Positions 17,013 through 26,786 of a stretch of DNA of 64,000 nucleotides are shown one piece after another. The stretch spans positions 365,126-429,125 of the forward strand of contig JAJDCD010000023.1 in NCBI GenBank assembly GCA_029261035.1. The letters run 5' to 3'. Within the stretch, counting starts at the first letter, position 1, and the number at the start of each line of letters is the position of its first letter. A program made the position numbers and the translations under genes. Origin of the DNA: Candidatus Omnitrophota bacterium (GTDB taxonomy: Bacteria > Omnitrophota > Omnitrophia > Omnitrophales > JACROU01). The notes beneath the pieces were generated by a model. That model had not been told where the DNA came from and made no database searches. It worked only from the letters and a program-made list of their open reading frames with translations.

Positions 17013-18206
17013 GTGAGTAAAGTGAGAAATGGTGTGAACGATTCACGTATTATTTATTTAGACAATAACGCAACCACTCAACTTTCCCCTGAAGTTGTTG
17101 AGGTAATGCTTCCGTTTTATAACGAATTTTACGGAAACCCCTCCAGCCTTCATTCTTTTGGCGGATCTCTTAAAAGTGAATTAAATAAGACAAGAGAAAG
17201 TATTGCAGATCTTTTAGGCGCTCGATTGGACCTTGAGGTTTACTTCACTAGTGGTGCTACTGAGAGTAATAACGCCGCTGTCCGAGGTGCGTTACTAGCC
17301 CAACCTGACAAGAAACACATTGTTATTTCCAAAGTAGAACATGAGAGCTTGTTTCAATTAGCGAATCAGTTAGAAAAAGAAGGTGTCGAAGTTAGTCGCA
17401 TTTCAGTCGATCATTCAGGACAGTTAAATTTAGAAGAACTTAAAGATTCTATCCGTCCTGATACTGCGATTGTTTCTATTATGTATGCAAATAATGAAAC
17501 GGGAGTTATTTTTCCAATAGAAAAAATCGCAAATATTGTGAAGGAAAAAGGAGTTCTATTTCATACAGATGCTGTTCAGGCCATGGGGAAACTTTCTATC
17601 GATTTAAAAAATATTCCTATTGATTTACTTTCGGCTTCAAGCCATAAAATTCATGGGCCTAAGGGAGTGGGCATTCTTTATATCCGAAGAGGAACTCGGG
17701 TTCAGCCTTTGATTCTGGGGGGTGAACAAGAGAGGGGTCGCCGAGGTGGAACGGAAAATGTTCCTGCCATTGTGGGGCTTAAAAAAGCAGCAGAATTGGC
17801 CAAAACCTATCTTAGAGAAGGCATGAGTTACATTCAAGAGTTGAGAGACCACTTGGAACAGGGGATTAATTCTCAGATTCCTATGGCGCAAATTAATGGG
17901 CGGGGCACGGAGAGACTTCCGAATACGACAAATATTAGTTTTGAAGGAATAGAAGGTGAAGCGGCACTTCTTGTGTTGAGTGAATTAGGAGTATGTGTAT
18001 CCAGTGGTTCAGCATGTGCTTCAGGAAAATTTGAACCTTCACACGTTTTACGTGCGATGGGGATTCCTGATCATATGGGCCATGGATCTATTCGTTTTAG
18101 TTTAGGTAGGTATAACTTGCCAGAAGAAGTCGACTTTGTGATTCGCGAACTTCCTAGTATCGTACAACGCCTCAGACAGATGACGCCTTCCTCTAGTAAG
18201 GCATAA
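17013..18206 (+). CDS. Cysteine desulfurase (NifS/IscS-like, PLP-dependent class V aminotransferase)
   Basis: It has the PLP-lysine motif SSHKIHGPKGVG and a SGSAC active-site cysteine region. Confidence 0.85.
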   Translation: MSKVRNGVNDSRIIYLDNNATTQLSPEVVEVMLPFYNEFYGNPSSLHSFGGSLKSELNKTRESIADLLGARLDLEVYFTSGATESNNAAVRGALLAQPDKKHIVISKVEHESLFQLANQLEKEGVEVSRISVDHSGQLNLEELKDSIRPDTAIVSIMYANNETGVIFPIEKIANIVKEKGVLFHTDAVQAMGKLSIDLKNIPIDLLSASSHKIHGPKGVGILYIRRGTRVQPLILGGEQERGRRGGTENVPAIVGLKKAAELAKTYLREGMSYIQELRDHLEQGINSQIPMAQINGRGTERLPNTTNISFEGIEGEAALLVLSELGVCVSSGSACASGKFEPSHVLRAMGIPDHMGHGSIRFSLGRYNLPEEVDFVIRELPSIVQRLRQMTPSSSKA

Positions 18207-18260
18207 AAAAAGGTTTCAGGCCCTTTTTTTATGTTTCTATCTGTTATCAGCAGGCAGGCG

Positions 18261-19307
18261 TTACACTTCTTGTTTATCTAACTTTTTTTCTAGCTCTTCA
18301 ACGCGTTTAGCTAAATCTCGAACAACTTTGAGGGTTTCTGCAGAACGTAATTGTGCTCCGAATTGTTTTTTCATGTCCGCCATAGGTCGAGCGGGTGAGC
18401 CGAGGAGAATGCTTCCGTCAGGAACTTTTTTTCCAGTAGGAAGCCCTGCTTGTGCGCCTACAATAACTTGGTTTCCAACTTCGCAATGATCTCCAAAACC
18501 AACTTGCCCTGCAAGAGTGGAGTATTGACCCACAGAACAACTTCCAGAAATTCCGACTTGAGCACAAACAACGGTATGACTTCCTAATTCACAATTGTGA
18601 GCTATTTGAACTAGATTATCAATTTTTACTCCAGCGTGAATAACGGTAGATCCTGCTGTTGCGCGATCGATAGTAGAATTAGCGCCAATTTCAACATGAT
18701 CTTCAATGATGACGTTGCCTACTTGAGGCACTTTAAATTGTCTTTGCCCATCAAATACGTAACCAAATCCATCAGCGCCTACAACAACTCCAGAGTGGAG
18801 GATGACATTGCTGCCAATCTGACAGTCTTGATAGACCGTTACTCGAGGATGGATAATGGTGTTGGAGCCAACGGTTACATTCTTATCGATGATGCTTCCA
18901 GAGCGAATGACAGAACCATCCCCAACCTTTGCATTTTCACGTACAACGCTGAAAGGTTCTAAGGTAACATTGCTACCTATAGTTGCGGAAGGGTGAACAA
19001 AAGCATTTTCAGAAATCGTTTGATCAAATTCTCGTGCTGGATGAAAAGCCCAAAGTAAATGAGCCCAAGCTAGCTTAGGGTTGGCGACTTGGATTAGAGG
19101 TTTTTCAAATTCGGTAATGGATTCGGGAACCAATACGGCTGCAATGTCGGTTCCTTGGAGTTTTGCTAAATTTTTCTCATCATTTGCAAATGTGATTGCT
19201 CCTGATTGTGGGATTTCAATCGTGGTGACGCTTGAAATAGCTGTTTGGTCATCTCCAATGAGTTTTCCGCTAATAAGATTTGTTAATTCTGATAGTGTTT
19301 TTGCCAT
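18261..19307 (-). CDS. lpxD: UDP-3-O-acylglucosamine N-acyltransferase
   Basis: The LpxD-type N-terminus (MAKTLSELTNLISGKLIGDD) is followed by a long left-handed beta-helix hexapeptide repeat region. Confidence 0.85.
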   Translation of the reverse strand: MAKTLSELTNLISGKLIGDDQTAISSVTTIEIPQSGAITFANDEKNLAKLQGTDIAAVLVPESITEFEKPLIQVANPKLAWAHLLWAFHPAREFDQTISENAFVHPSATIGSNVTLEPFSVVRENAKVGDGSVIRSGSIIDKNVTVGSNTIIHPRVTVYQDCQIGSNVILHSGVVVGADGFGYVFDGQRQFKVPQVGNVIIEDHVEIGANSTIDRATAGSTVIHAGVKIDNLVQIAHNCELGSHTVVCAQVGISGSCSVGQYSTLAGQVGFGDHCEVGNQVIVGAQAGLPTGKKVPDGSILLGSPARPMADMKKQFGAQLRSAETLKVVRDLAKRVEELEKKLDKQEV

Positions 19308-19569
19308 AAATGTGTCCTCCCCGCTTAAGCGTAAGCAAGTAGTATAAACAGAAAATAGGATAAATCAATATTTATGTCGGAGCCTCAAAAACCCTTATTT
19401 TAAAAGGGTTTTTAAGGTGTTTTGAGGATTTTGAGAGACCCGTCTTAAAATAAGCTTTCCCGTCTCTATAAAAAATGGCTATCATATTGCTTTTTTGTTC
19501 ATAAATAAGGCATAAGATTATATAGGCTCAAACAGTTTTATTAACTAGCACTATACAGGGACAAGAGTT

Positions 19570-20943
19570 ATGGGTGGTATAAAAAAGAACATACAAGTTC
19601 ATCCAAGTCAGTTCATGGTTTATTGCTTTTTAGTGGTAATTGCATTGGGAACTTACTTGCTGATGCTTCCTTGGGCTACTGTTGAAGGGCATATTAGTTT
19701 TGTAGATGCTCTCTTTACGGCTACCTCAGCTGTTTGTGTGACAGGCTTGGTTGTTGTGGATACTGGATTGACGTTTACGACTTGGGGGCATACTTTGTTG
19801 ATGGTCCTGATCGAAATCGGCGGTTTAGGGATTATGACTTTTTCCACGTTTTTTATGCTCAGTTTAGGAAAGAAAATAGGTTTTAAAGAAAGAAGTTTTC
19901 TTAAAGAAAATGTAGGCTACCTTTCGGATTCCAACATTCTAAATTTACTACTGGTTATGATTGCTACGGTGTTGGTTATTCAGGTGATAGGAGCAGGAGC
20001 CCTTTGGCTGCGGTTTAATTCGATGATGCCTTTAAATGAGTCTATTTTTTATGCTTGTTTTTATTCCGTATCTTCTTTTTGTACGGCCGGTTTTACTTTG
20101 TTTTCAGATAGCTTGCTTCAATTTGAGAAAGATGTGTTAGTTAACATAAGTGTGATGAGCTTAATTCTTATCGGAGGGTTTGGATTTTTTATTATTGAAG
20201 ACTGCTTGCGTAAGACTAAAGCTTTTATTCGTAGACAAAAAGTACCGCCCTTTTCTTTCCAGTCCAGAGTGATTGTGATAACAACTCTTTGGTCCGTAAT
20301 TATTGGGACAACGCTTTTTTATCTTTTAGAAAAAAACAATACCCTTCTAGGTTATTCATTTATTGAGGGTTTACAGACGTCTTTTTTTCAGATTATTAGT
20401 GTTAGAAATGCAGGGCTGAGTACCATTGATTGGTCTCAAGTAACTAATGGAACAGGCTTAATCAGCATCATTTTGATGTTTGTGGGGGGAGCTCCCGGTT
20501 CCTGTGTGGGTGGTATTAAGGTGACCACCTTCTTTGTTTTAATCTTTTTGATTGTATCTCGGATGCAAGGCAAAACATCGGTTTCTGTTTTTAAGCGAAC
20601 GATTTCTCAAGAGACAGTAACGAAGAGTATTTCGATTTTTGCAGCATCCTTTTTGTTTGTTCTTGTTATGTCTGTTGTTCTCGAAATCACAGAAGTTCGT
20701 GGAGATGCTGTTGAGGTGGCACGAGCAAAGTTTATCCCTATTTTTTTCGAAGTGGTCTCAGCGTTTGGAACTGTTGGAATGAGTTTGGGAATTACATCAT
20801 CCCTTTCTTTTTTAGGGAAATGGGTTATTATAATAACCATGTTTGTGGGGCGTATTGGCCCTCTTGCTTTAGCTTTTTTGGTTATTCCTGAAGAAAAAAA
20901 GCAAGTTTATACCTATCCAGACGAAACCATATTGACTGGGTAA
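19570..20943 (+). CDS. trkH: Trk/Ktr-family K+ transporter membrane subunit
   Basis: It is a multi-TM protein with repeated GxG selectivity-filter-like motifs (TGLVVVD, GGFGFF, GGAPGSCVGGIKV). Confidence 0.85.
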   Translation: MGGIKKNIQVHPSQFMVYCFLVVIALGTYLLMLPWATVEGHISFVDALFTATSAVCVTGLVVVDTGLTFTTWGHTLLMVLIEIGGLGIMTFSTFFMLSLGKKIGFKERSFLKENVGYLSDSNILNLLLVMIATVLVIQVIGAGALWLRFNSMMPLNESIFYACFYSVSSFCTAGFTLFSDSLLQFEKDVLVNISVMSLILIGGFGFFIIEDCLRKTKAFIRRQKVPPFSFQSRVIVITTLWSVIIGTTLFYLLEKNNTLLGYSFIEGLQTSFFQIISVRNAGLSTIDWSQVTNGTGLISIILMFVGGAPGSCVGGIKVTTFFVLIFLIVSRMQGKTSVSVFKRTISQETVTKSISIFAASFLFVLVMSVVLEITEVRGDAVEVARAKFIPIFFEVVSAFGTVGMSLGITSSLSFLGKWVIIITMFVGRIGPLALAFLVIPEEKKQVYTYPDETILTG

Positions 20944-20975
20944 TTATTAGCAGATAGCGCATAAAGGAGTAAGGA

Positions 20976-21626
20976 ATGAAGCAGATTGTCGTGATTGGCC
21001 TTGGGAATTTCGGAGCAACATTAGCCGAGTCTTTGGCTCAAAAAAAGTGTGAAGTTTTGGCTATTGATCGTAATAAGGAAAGTGTGGATGCGATCAAAGA
21101 CAAAGTTACAAATGCTGTTATTGGAGATGCTACAGACAAAAAACTGTTGAAAGAAGTAGGTGTGAAAGATGCCGATATCGTTGTTGTCAGTTTTGGGGAT
21201 CACATTGATGCTAGTCTTATTGTTACTTTGTATTTGAAAGAAATGGGTGTTCATCGAATTATAACGAAAGCGGTTAGTGATGAACATGCTAAGATTCTTT
21301 CTTTAATTGGAGCTCATGAAGTTATTTTCCCCGTTAGAGATGAAGCCATTCGTTTGGCCAGTAGTCTTTTTTCTGGAGATATTCTGGATATGATCAAACT
21401 ATCAGATGAGTTTAGTATTTTAGAAGTTGCAGCACCGGATCGCTTTGCTAATAAGACGTTAAAAGATTTGAAGTTGAGAAGTAAAATTGGTGTAGAGGTT
21501 TTGGCAATAAAAAAACCTCTGGAAGGAACTTTAAAAATGTTGCCAGGCGCAGATACTAAGATTGCAGCAGATGACGTTCTCATCGTGATTGGTGAAAACC
21601 GGCGCTTGGAAGATTTGGAATTATAG
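20976..21626 (+). CDS. trkA: Trk/Ktr-family K+ transporter NAD-binding subunit (TrkA/KtrA)
   Basis: An N-terminal Rossmann GLGNFG motif is followed by a C-terminal TrkA_C domain. Confidence 0.85.
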   Translation: MKQIVVIGLGNFGATLAESLAQKKCEVLAIDRNKESVDAIKDKVTNAVIGDATDKKLLKEVGVKDADIVVVSFGDHIDASLIVTLYLKEMGVHRIITKAVSDEHAKILSLIGAHEVIFPVRDEAIRLASSLFSGDILDMIKLSDEFSILEVAAPDRFANKTLKDLKLRSKIGVEVLAIKKPLEGTLKMLPGADTKIAADDVLIVIGENRRLEDLEL

Positions 21627-21635
21627 TGTTAATGG

Positions 21636-21660
21636 GGGACTGTCCCTTCGGGACTGTCCC
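21636..21660. repeat. Double dyad GGGACTGTCCC-ttc-GGGACTGTCCC
   Basis: It lies 10 nt after the trkA stop. The same unit, doubled and followed by a T-run, occurs at 52496-52529. Confidence 0.6.
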
Positions 21661-21690
21661 AGAGTAAGCTTTAATTTTAAGGAGTATTTT

Positions 21691-22482
21691 ATGATTAACG
21701 GAAAAAAAGTCGTTGTGGTAATGCCTGCATATAATGCAAGCAAGACCTTAGAGAAAACATATGATGATATGCCAAAAGATTTGGTGGACGAAGTTATTTT
21801 GGTAGATGACGCCTCAAGTGATGAGACAGCAAAAAAGGCAAAGGAATTAGGAATTAAAACCATTGTTCATTCTAAGAATAAGGGTTATGGCGGCAATCAA
21901 AAAACTTGTTATCGAGAAGCTTTAAAGGCAAAGGCAGATGTGGTTGTTATGCTTCATCCTGATTACCAGTACGAGCCTAAACTAGTTTCTGCAATGGCCT
22001 CGATGATTGCTTCTGGGATTTATGATGCTGTGCTTGCTTCCCGTATTTTATGTGGCGGAACTTTAAAAGGGGGGATGCCTCTGTATAAGTACGTAGCGAA
22101 TCGTTTTCTAACATTGGCTCAGAATTTATTAATAGGACAGAAAATGTCTGAATATCACACAGGATACAGAGCTTTTTCCAAAGAGGTTTTAGAAACGCTG
22201 CCTTTAGAAAAAAATTCAGACGACTTTGTTTTTGATAATGAATTTTTGACGCAGGTAGTTTATTTCGGATTTAATATGGGAGAAATCTCATGTCCGACAA
22301 AATATTTTACGGAAGCTTCTTCTATTAATTTTGGACGATCGGTTAAATATGGATTAGGGGTCCTTTGGGTGAGCTTGCAATTTCGCTTACACAAGTGGGG
22401 CTTGGCTAAATTTTCTATATTTGATAATGATCGCGGAACCCTAGATACAAACCACTCTCCAGACCATGCTCAATCGCTTTGA
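21691..22482 (+). CDS. Family 2 glycosyltransferase
   Basis: It has the N-terminal motif [13 protein letters not shown] and a DDASSDET (DxD) motif. The ORF-track start at 21589 is an upstream extension overlapping trkA. Confidence 0.75.
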   Translation: MINGKKVVVVMPAYNASKTLEKTYDDMPKDLVDEVILVDDASSDETAKKAKELGIKTIVHSKNKGYGGNQKTCYREALKAKADVVVMLHPDYQYEPKLVSAMASMIASGIYDAVLASRILCGGTLKGGMPLYKYVANRFLTLAQNLLIGQKMSEYHTGYRAFSKEVLETLPLEKNSDDFVFDNEFLTQVVYFGFNMGEISCPTKYFTEASSINFGRSVKYGLGVLWVSLQFRLHKWGLAKFSIFDNDRGTLDTNHSPDHAQSL

Positions 22483-23239
22483 TGATTTTTTTAAAGACCC
22501 AACGTATTTGGACCTGAAGAACCATCTCTTCAATTATCAGGAACGAGTCCGCAGCATCCAAGAAGTTGCAGGAGAATGCTCCGGGATTCGCCTTGAAATA
22601 GGAAGTGGCATTTCTCCGGTCACGACCGCTTCGATTTATACCGACCTTTCCCATCATGCGATGAAATTTTTTAAGGAAATTGCTGCAGAAGGGTTAACTC
22701 CAGAAAATATTCACGCTAACGGTGAAACGAAGTTTGCTGTTACCGATGCACGTTACTTGTCTTTTCAAAATAACTCCATTGATCAAGTGGTGTTATCTGA
22801 GGTTTTGGAACATATCCAGCAAGATGACCAAGTATTGGCAGAAATTTTTTCCGCATTGAAACCTGGAGGGTCTTTGATATTAACGGTGCCAACTCAACCT
22901 AAGTATTACGCTTATGATGACGAGTTTGTTTATCATGAACGTCGTTATGATATTAGAGAACTGACGCATCAAGTAGAAAGAGTCGGTTTTAAGATTGTGA
23001 AGAAAAAGAAAATTGGTGGCCCGTTAGAAAAACTAGGAACATGGTTAACGGTAAAATTATTTGTTGGGGTATTTGATAAGAAGCAAGATTCTAATCAGCC
23101 GCCTTCATCGGAACGATTTAAAAAATTTCTACCATTTTACAAAGCCATTAATCGATTTTTGTCGTCGTTAATTCGATTTGATGCTTGGCTGATGCCAGAA
23201 TGCTTTACAAGCATTATTCTTTTGGAGTGTAAGAAATAA
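22466..23239 (+). CDS. Class I SAM-dependent methyltransferase
   Basis: Motif I is LEIGSGISP, and an acidic post-I motif and a Rossmann-like core follow. Confidence 0.65.
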   Translation: MLNRFDDFFKDPTYLDLKNHLFNYQERVRSIQEVAGECSGIRLEIGSGISPVTTASIYTDLSHHAMKFFKEIAAEGLTPENIHANGETKFAVTDARYLSFQNNSIDQVVLSEVLEHIQQDDQVLAEIFSALKPGGSLILTVPTQPKYYAYDDEFVYHERRYDIRELTHQVERVGFKIVKKKKIGGPLEKLGTWLTVKLFVGVFDKKQDSNQPPSSERFKKFLPFYKAINRFLSSLIRFDAWLMPECFTSIILLECKK

Positions 23240-23734
23240 ATGATACTTAAGAAACATGGACTTCTTTTAATTTCTGCAGTAACGATTATAGCGAGCGTCT
23301 TTTTTCTTGCCAACATGGCGACAGGTTCGCTGAATACGTTGAAGCAAACAAAGACGTTTTATTCTGAACAATTCAAAGAAGAAGTTCGTGATGTTATTGA
23401 AAATTCTTATTCCTTTGATGTGCCATATCAGATCGACTCAGGATTGAATGTTCAATGGAGCACGATTGTTTACGCTTTTGTTTATGTGAATGTGATTTTT
23501 GAACGTCAATTCAGTTTTGATGCAGAGCAAGCAAATCTGATAGATATGGAAATTACGAACTATCTTGATACCCGATATGACGTTCAACCTAAAAACGTCA
23601 ATGTTACTTTTACCTACCAAAACAAAACGAAGTATTCCAATGGAGCGGAAGTGGTGACACAAGAATTTCTGCTTACAAGCCAAGAAGCAACCAAGCGGGC
23701 CTTTAAAAAGAATTTTACAGGCAGCACTCTTTAA
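23240..23734 (+). CDS. Hypothetical membrane-anchored or secreted protein
   Basis: It has an N-terminal hydrophobic segment and no recognisable family. Confidence 0.4.
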   Translation: MILKKHGLLLISAVTIIASVFFLANMATGSLNTLKQTKTFYSEQFKEEVRDVIENSYSFDVPYQIDSGLNVQWSTIVYAFVYVNVIFERQFSFDAEQANLIDMEITNYLDTRYDVQPKNVNVTFTYQNKTKYSNGAEVVTQEFLLTSQEATKRAFKKNFTGSTL

Positions 23735-23737
23735 ATT

Positions 23738-24556
23738 ATGAAAATAAGAACAAAAAATTTTAATTTAGAGGCAACCCTTGACTCTGCACAAGTTTTTGGA
23801 TTTGTTAAAAACGAAGAGGGCTTACCTAAATATACGGGGATCCTAAAGGGTGTTAACTTAACTCTTTGGCAAGAAGGGCCTGTTTTAAATGTTTCCACGG
23901 AAGAGAAAAGTATAAAAAAGCACATCGAGACTTATTTTGATTTAAAAAGAGATTTATCACAGGAATACGCTGTCTTAGAACGAGAAGAGAAATTGCGAGA
24001 GTCTTTCGAAAAGTTTAAAGGCCTTCGAATTATTCGGCAAGACTCTTGGGAGGCCATTGCCTGTTTTATTATTTCTGCGAATAACAATTTTAAACGCATA
24101 CAAAATATTTGGCATCAGCTATCAGAAAATTTGAGTCGGAAAAATAGTTGCTTTCCTAGCTTTGATGAGGTTGCAGCAAGCAGTGAAAAGGAACTTCGAG
24201 ATCTGGGTTTGGGTTACCGTGCACCTTATTTATTTAAAACAGCACAAGGGGTAAAAGAAAATCCAGAGTGTTTGAATCAAATTCGAAAATCGGATTACGA
24301 AGAAGCGAAACGTTTACTTGTTCAGTTTCCAGGGATTGGGCCCAAGGTCGCGGATTGTGTTTTGCTTTATGGGTTTCAAAAGTATGAGGCTTTTCCTGTG
24401 GATGTTTGGATTCTTCGGATTATGAGGAAGCTTTATTTTGGGAATCGGAAGGTGAGTGAGAAGAGGGTGTTGGAATATGCTCAGAAGAGGTGGGGAAGTT
24501 GTGCTGGGTATGTTCAGCAGTATGTGTTTCATGGGGGGAGGATGGGGGTTTTGTGA
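23738..24556 (+). CDS. HhH-GPD superfamily DNA glycosylase (8-oxoguanine DNA glycosylase/AP-lyase-like)
   Basis: A helix-hairpin-helix Gly/Pro-rich loop (FPGIGPKVADCVLLYG) is followed by a catalytic Asp (…FPVDVW). Confidence 0.7.
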   Translation: MKIRTKNFNLEATLDSAQVFGFVKNEEGLPKYTGILKGVNLTLWQEGPVLNVSTEEKSIKKHIETYFDLKRDLSQEYAVLEREEKLRESFEKFKGLRIIRQDSWEAIACFIISANNNFKRIQNIWHQLSENLSRKNSCFPSFDEVAASSEKELRDLGLGYRAPYLFKTAQGVKENPECLNQIRKSDYEEAKRLLVQFPGIGPKVADCVLLYGFQKYEAFPVDVWILRIMRKLYFGNRKVSEKRVLEYAQKRWGSCAGYVQQYVFHGGRMGVL

Positions 24557-24602
24557 GATGTTGAAGAAAATATAATTGCTCCGGCGCTCAGACAGCACAA
24601 AA

Positions 24603-24648
24603 GTGACTGTCACCAGGCTGCGTTTACGCAGACCTTGGTGACTGTCAC
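24603..24648. repeat. Hairpin element capped by GTGACTGTCAC dyads (copy 2)
   Basis: The sequence is gtgactgtcac-caggctgcgtttacgcagaccttg-gtgactgtcac. The inner stem (ctgcg/cgcag) differs from copy 1 (ccgc/gcgg) but stays paired. Confidence 0.65.
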
Positions 24649-25198
24649 TTTTCACATCTTAAGCATGTTGCTTTAGGGAGAGTGTCTTAATGAGTGCAGT
24701 CTGTCCTTGGTCTGGGAGACACGCACTTTAGACACAGTTGCTGCGCAACAGTATCAAAAGTCCATGTCCCCGGCTTCCTACTTCGATTTCAAGTTTTAGG
24801 GGAAAGGTAAGATGTGTTGGAGGGAAGGATCTGAGGTCTTGCTTGTCCTTAGCAGAGGTTATTGGACATATTTTTTTTTACTTCAGATCCTTCCTCATAT
24901 TTTTTGATTAAAATGTAGAAGGAAGAGCTTCAAAGAATGCAGAGTTAAGGAAGGGACGGAAACCTTTTTCAACATAGCTATTGCTTCGTTGAAAATACTA
25001 TCTGCTGTTTCTTCAAAACTCTTCCTATATTAAAATTCTGACAGATGCTATATCTGTTTTCAAGGTTCTAATTTGAGCAAGAAAACCACCCATTTTTTTA
25101 TGTGTTTATTAAGTTTCTTAAAGCCAGTATACTAAAGAAGAAAGAGCTAAGAGTATATTCGAGGTATAAATAATTTTATAAGTGTAAAGGATTGAAAC

Positions 25199-25750
25199 AT
25201 GAAGTTTACGCCAACAAAACTCCCTGGAGTTATTTTGATAGAGCCAGACGTCTTTGGGGATGATCGTGGGTTTTTTCTGGAGAGTTATCAAAAAGATAAG
25301 TATGTGGATGGAGGCGTTCCTCTAGAGTTTGTTCAGCACAATCATTCGAACTCTAAAAAAGGTGTTTTGAGGGGTTTGCATTCTCAGTTGAAAAACCCTC
25401 AAGGTAAGTTGATGCGCGCTATGAGGGGAGAGATTTTTGATGTTGCTGTAGATATTCGAAAGGGATCCCCTACTTATGGTGAGTGGGTGAGTGTGGTTCT
25501 TTCGGGAGATAATTTTAAACAATTGTATGTCCCTCCAAATTATGCCCATGGTTTTTGTGTTTTGAGCGAAGAAGCAGATATTGAATATAAGTGTACTGAT
25601 TTTTATGATCCAGAAAGTGAAATTAGCCTGCAGTGGAATGACCCATTCTTGAATATTGATTGGCCGATAGATAATCCGGTACTTTCACCAAGGGATCAGA
25701 AGGCATTGTCTTTTAAAGAATTAGAAAAAAAATTCCCTTCCTTTGTTTGA
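25199..25750 (+). CDS. rfbC: dTDP-4-dehydrorhamnose 3,5-epimerase
   Basis: It has the RmlC cupin signature (GVILIEPDVFGDDRGFF…YVPPNYAHGF). Confidence 0.85.
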   Translation: MKFTPTKLPGVILIEPDVFGDDRGFFLESYQKDKYVDGGVPLEFVQHNHSNSKKGVLRGLHSQLKNPQGKLMRAMRGEIFDVAVDIRKGSPTYGEWVSVVLSGDNFKQLYVPPNYAHGFCVLSEEADIEYKCTDFYDPESEISLQWNDPFLNIDWPIDNPVLSPRDQKALSFKELEKKFPSFV

Positions 25751-25830
25751 ATTCCCACTTTCCCACTTGACCATAATGGGAAAATCTGCTAGTCTTAAAT
25801 AGGACCCATCGAATAGGGAGGAGTATTGTT

Positions 25831-26124
25831 ATGATTTTAAAGAAAGAAATGGATGTTAGTGGGCATTATGAAGAAATCAGCACAAAGACCGTTGATGAGA
25901 AGAGCCGTGTGACTATTGGAAATTTAGTTCATGAAAGCCAAAGGGTTAAAATTTATAAGAATAAAAAGGACGGAACTATTTTATTGGTGCCTTTAATAGA
26001 GATTCCTGAGAATGAAGCCTGGCTTTATAAAAATAAAAAAGCGATAACAATGCTTCAAAAGGGCATTGAAGAAGCGGCTCAAGGCAAAACTTCTAAGTTA
26101 GATGTAGATTCTCTGGGAGAATAA
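25831..26124 (+). CDS. Putative type II antitoxin (AbrB/MazE-like swapped-hairpin N-terminus)
   Basis: The protein is 97 aa with a DEKSRVTIG motif. It sits immediately upstream of, and 1 nt away from, a RelE/ParE-like ORF. Confidence 0.5.
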   Translation: MILKKEMDVSGHYEEISTKTVDEKSRVTIGNLVHESQRVKIYKNKKDGTILLVPLIEIPENEAWLYKNKKAITMLQKGIEEAAQGKTSKLDVDSLGE

Positions 26125-26125
26125 A

Positions 26126-26422
26126 TTGAAGTTTGAGATTGTCATAACAGACTCTGCATTGAAACAACTCAAAATACTCGGCAAGAATAAAACTTACAAA
26201 AAAAGATATAAGGCTGTATGCAAAACCCTTAAAGTTTTATCAGAAAACCCAAAGCATCCAGGGCTGAATACGCATCAGTATATAACTACTCAAGGACCAA
26301 AGGGAGAGAAGGTTTTTGAGGCTTACGCTGAGAATAAGACCTCAGCAGCTTATAGAGTATTCTGGTATTATGGTCCTCTTAAGAAACAAATAACAATTAT
26401 TGCTATAACCCCTCATCCTTAA
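26126..26422 (+). CDS. RelE/ParE-family toxin
   Basis: The protein is 98 aa with a basic N-terminus and C-terminal YRVFWYY…ITIIAITPH, the RelE/ParE hallmark (YRiiY…i.ii.i.HR). Confidence 0.6.
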   Translation: MKFEIVITDSALKQLKILGKNKTYKKRYKAVCKTLKVLSENPKHPGLNTHQYITTQGPKGEKVFEAYAENKTSAAYRVFWYYGPLKKQITIIAITPHP

Positions 26423-26451
26423 GGGATGTTTTCAGGTATGAAAGAGGTTGG

Positions 26452-26763
26452 TTGATGTCCGACTTTGTTTTTATTGCTAAGGTGGAGGATATCCCTGAAG
26501 GTCAGGGGAAGTCGATAGAAGTTGGAGATAAAGGGATAGCTGTTTTTAATGTAGAGGGAAAGTTTTACGCTTTAGAAAATGCCTGCCCTCATCAGGGAGG
26601 CCCTCTAGGGGAAGGTATGTTAGATGGTAAAGAAGTGATTTGTCCTTGGCATGCATGGGGTTTTGATGTCACTAACGGGCAATGCCGTACTGTTGAAGGG
26701 TTGGAGCAATCTTCTTATGAATTAAGAGTTGAGAACGATCAGATACTGATTAAATTAGTTTAA
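26452..26763 (+). CDS. Rieske [2Fe-2S] domain protein (NirD-like small subunit)
   Basis: It has the two Rieske boxes CPHQGGPL and CPWHAWGF. Confidence 0.8.
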   Translation: MMSDFVFIAKVEDIPEGQGKSIEVGDKGIAVFNVEGKFYALENACPHQGGPLGEGMLDGKEVICPWHAWGFDVTNGQCRTVEGLEQSSYELRVENDQILIKLV

Positions 26764-26786
26764 TTGAAAGTGAGAGGGTATAAAGA

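Noticed and set aside
19308-19569. Possible c-di-AMP (ydaO/kimA-type) riboswitch in the 262-nt leader of trkH
   Set aside because: Potassium-transporter leaders often carry this riboswitch. This leader has hairpins (aaaaaccctt…aagggttttt; agagac…gtctct), but I could not match the conserved ydaO core elements by eye. An Infernal scan with RF00379 would settle it.
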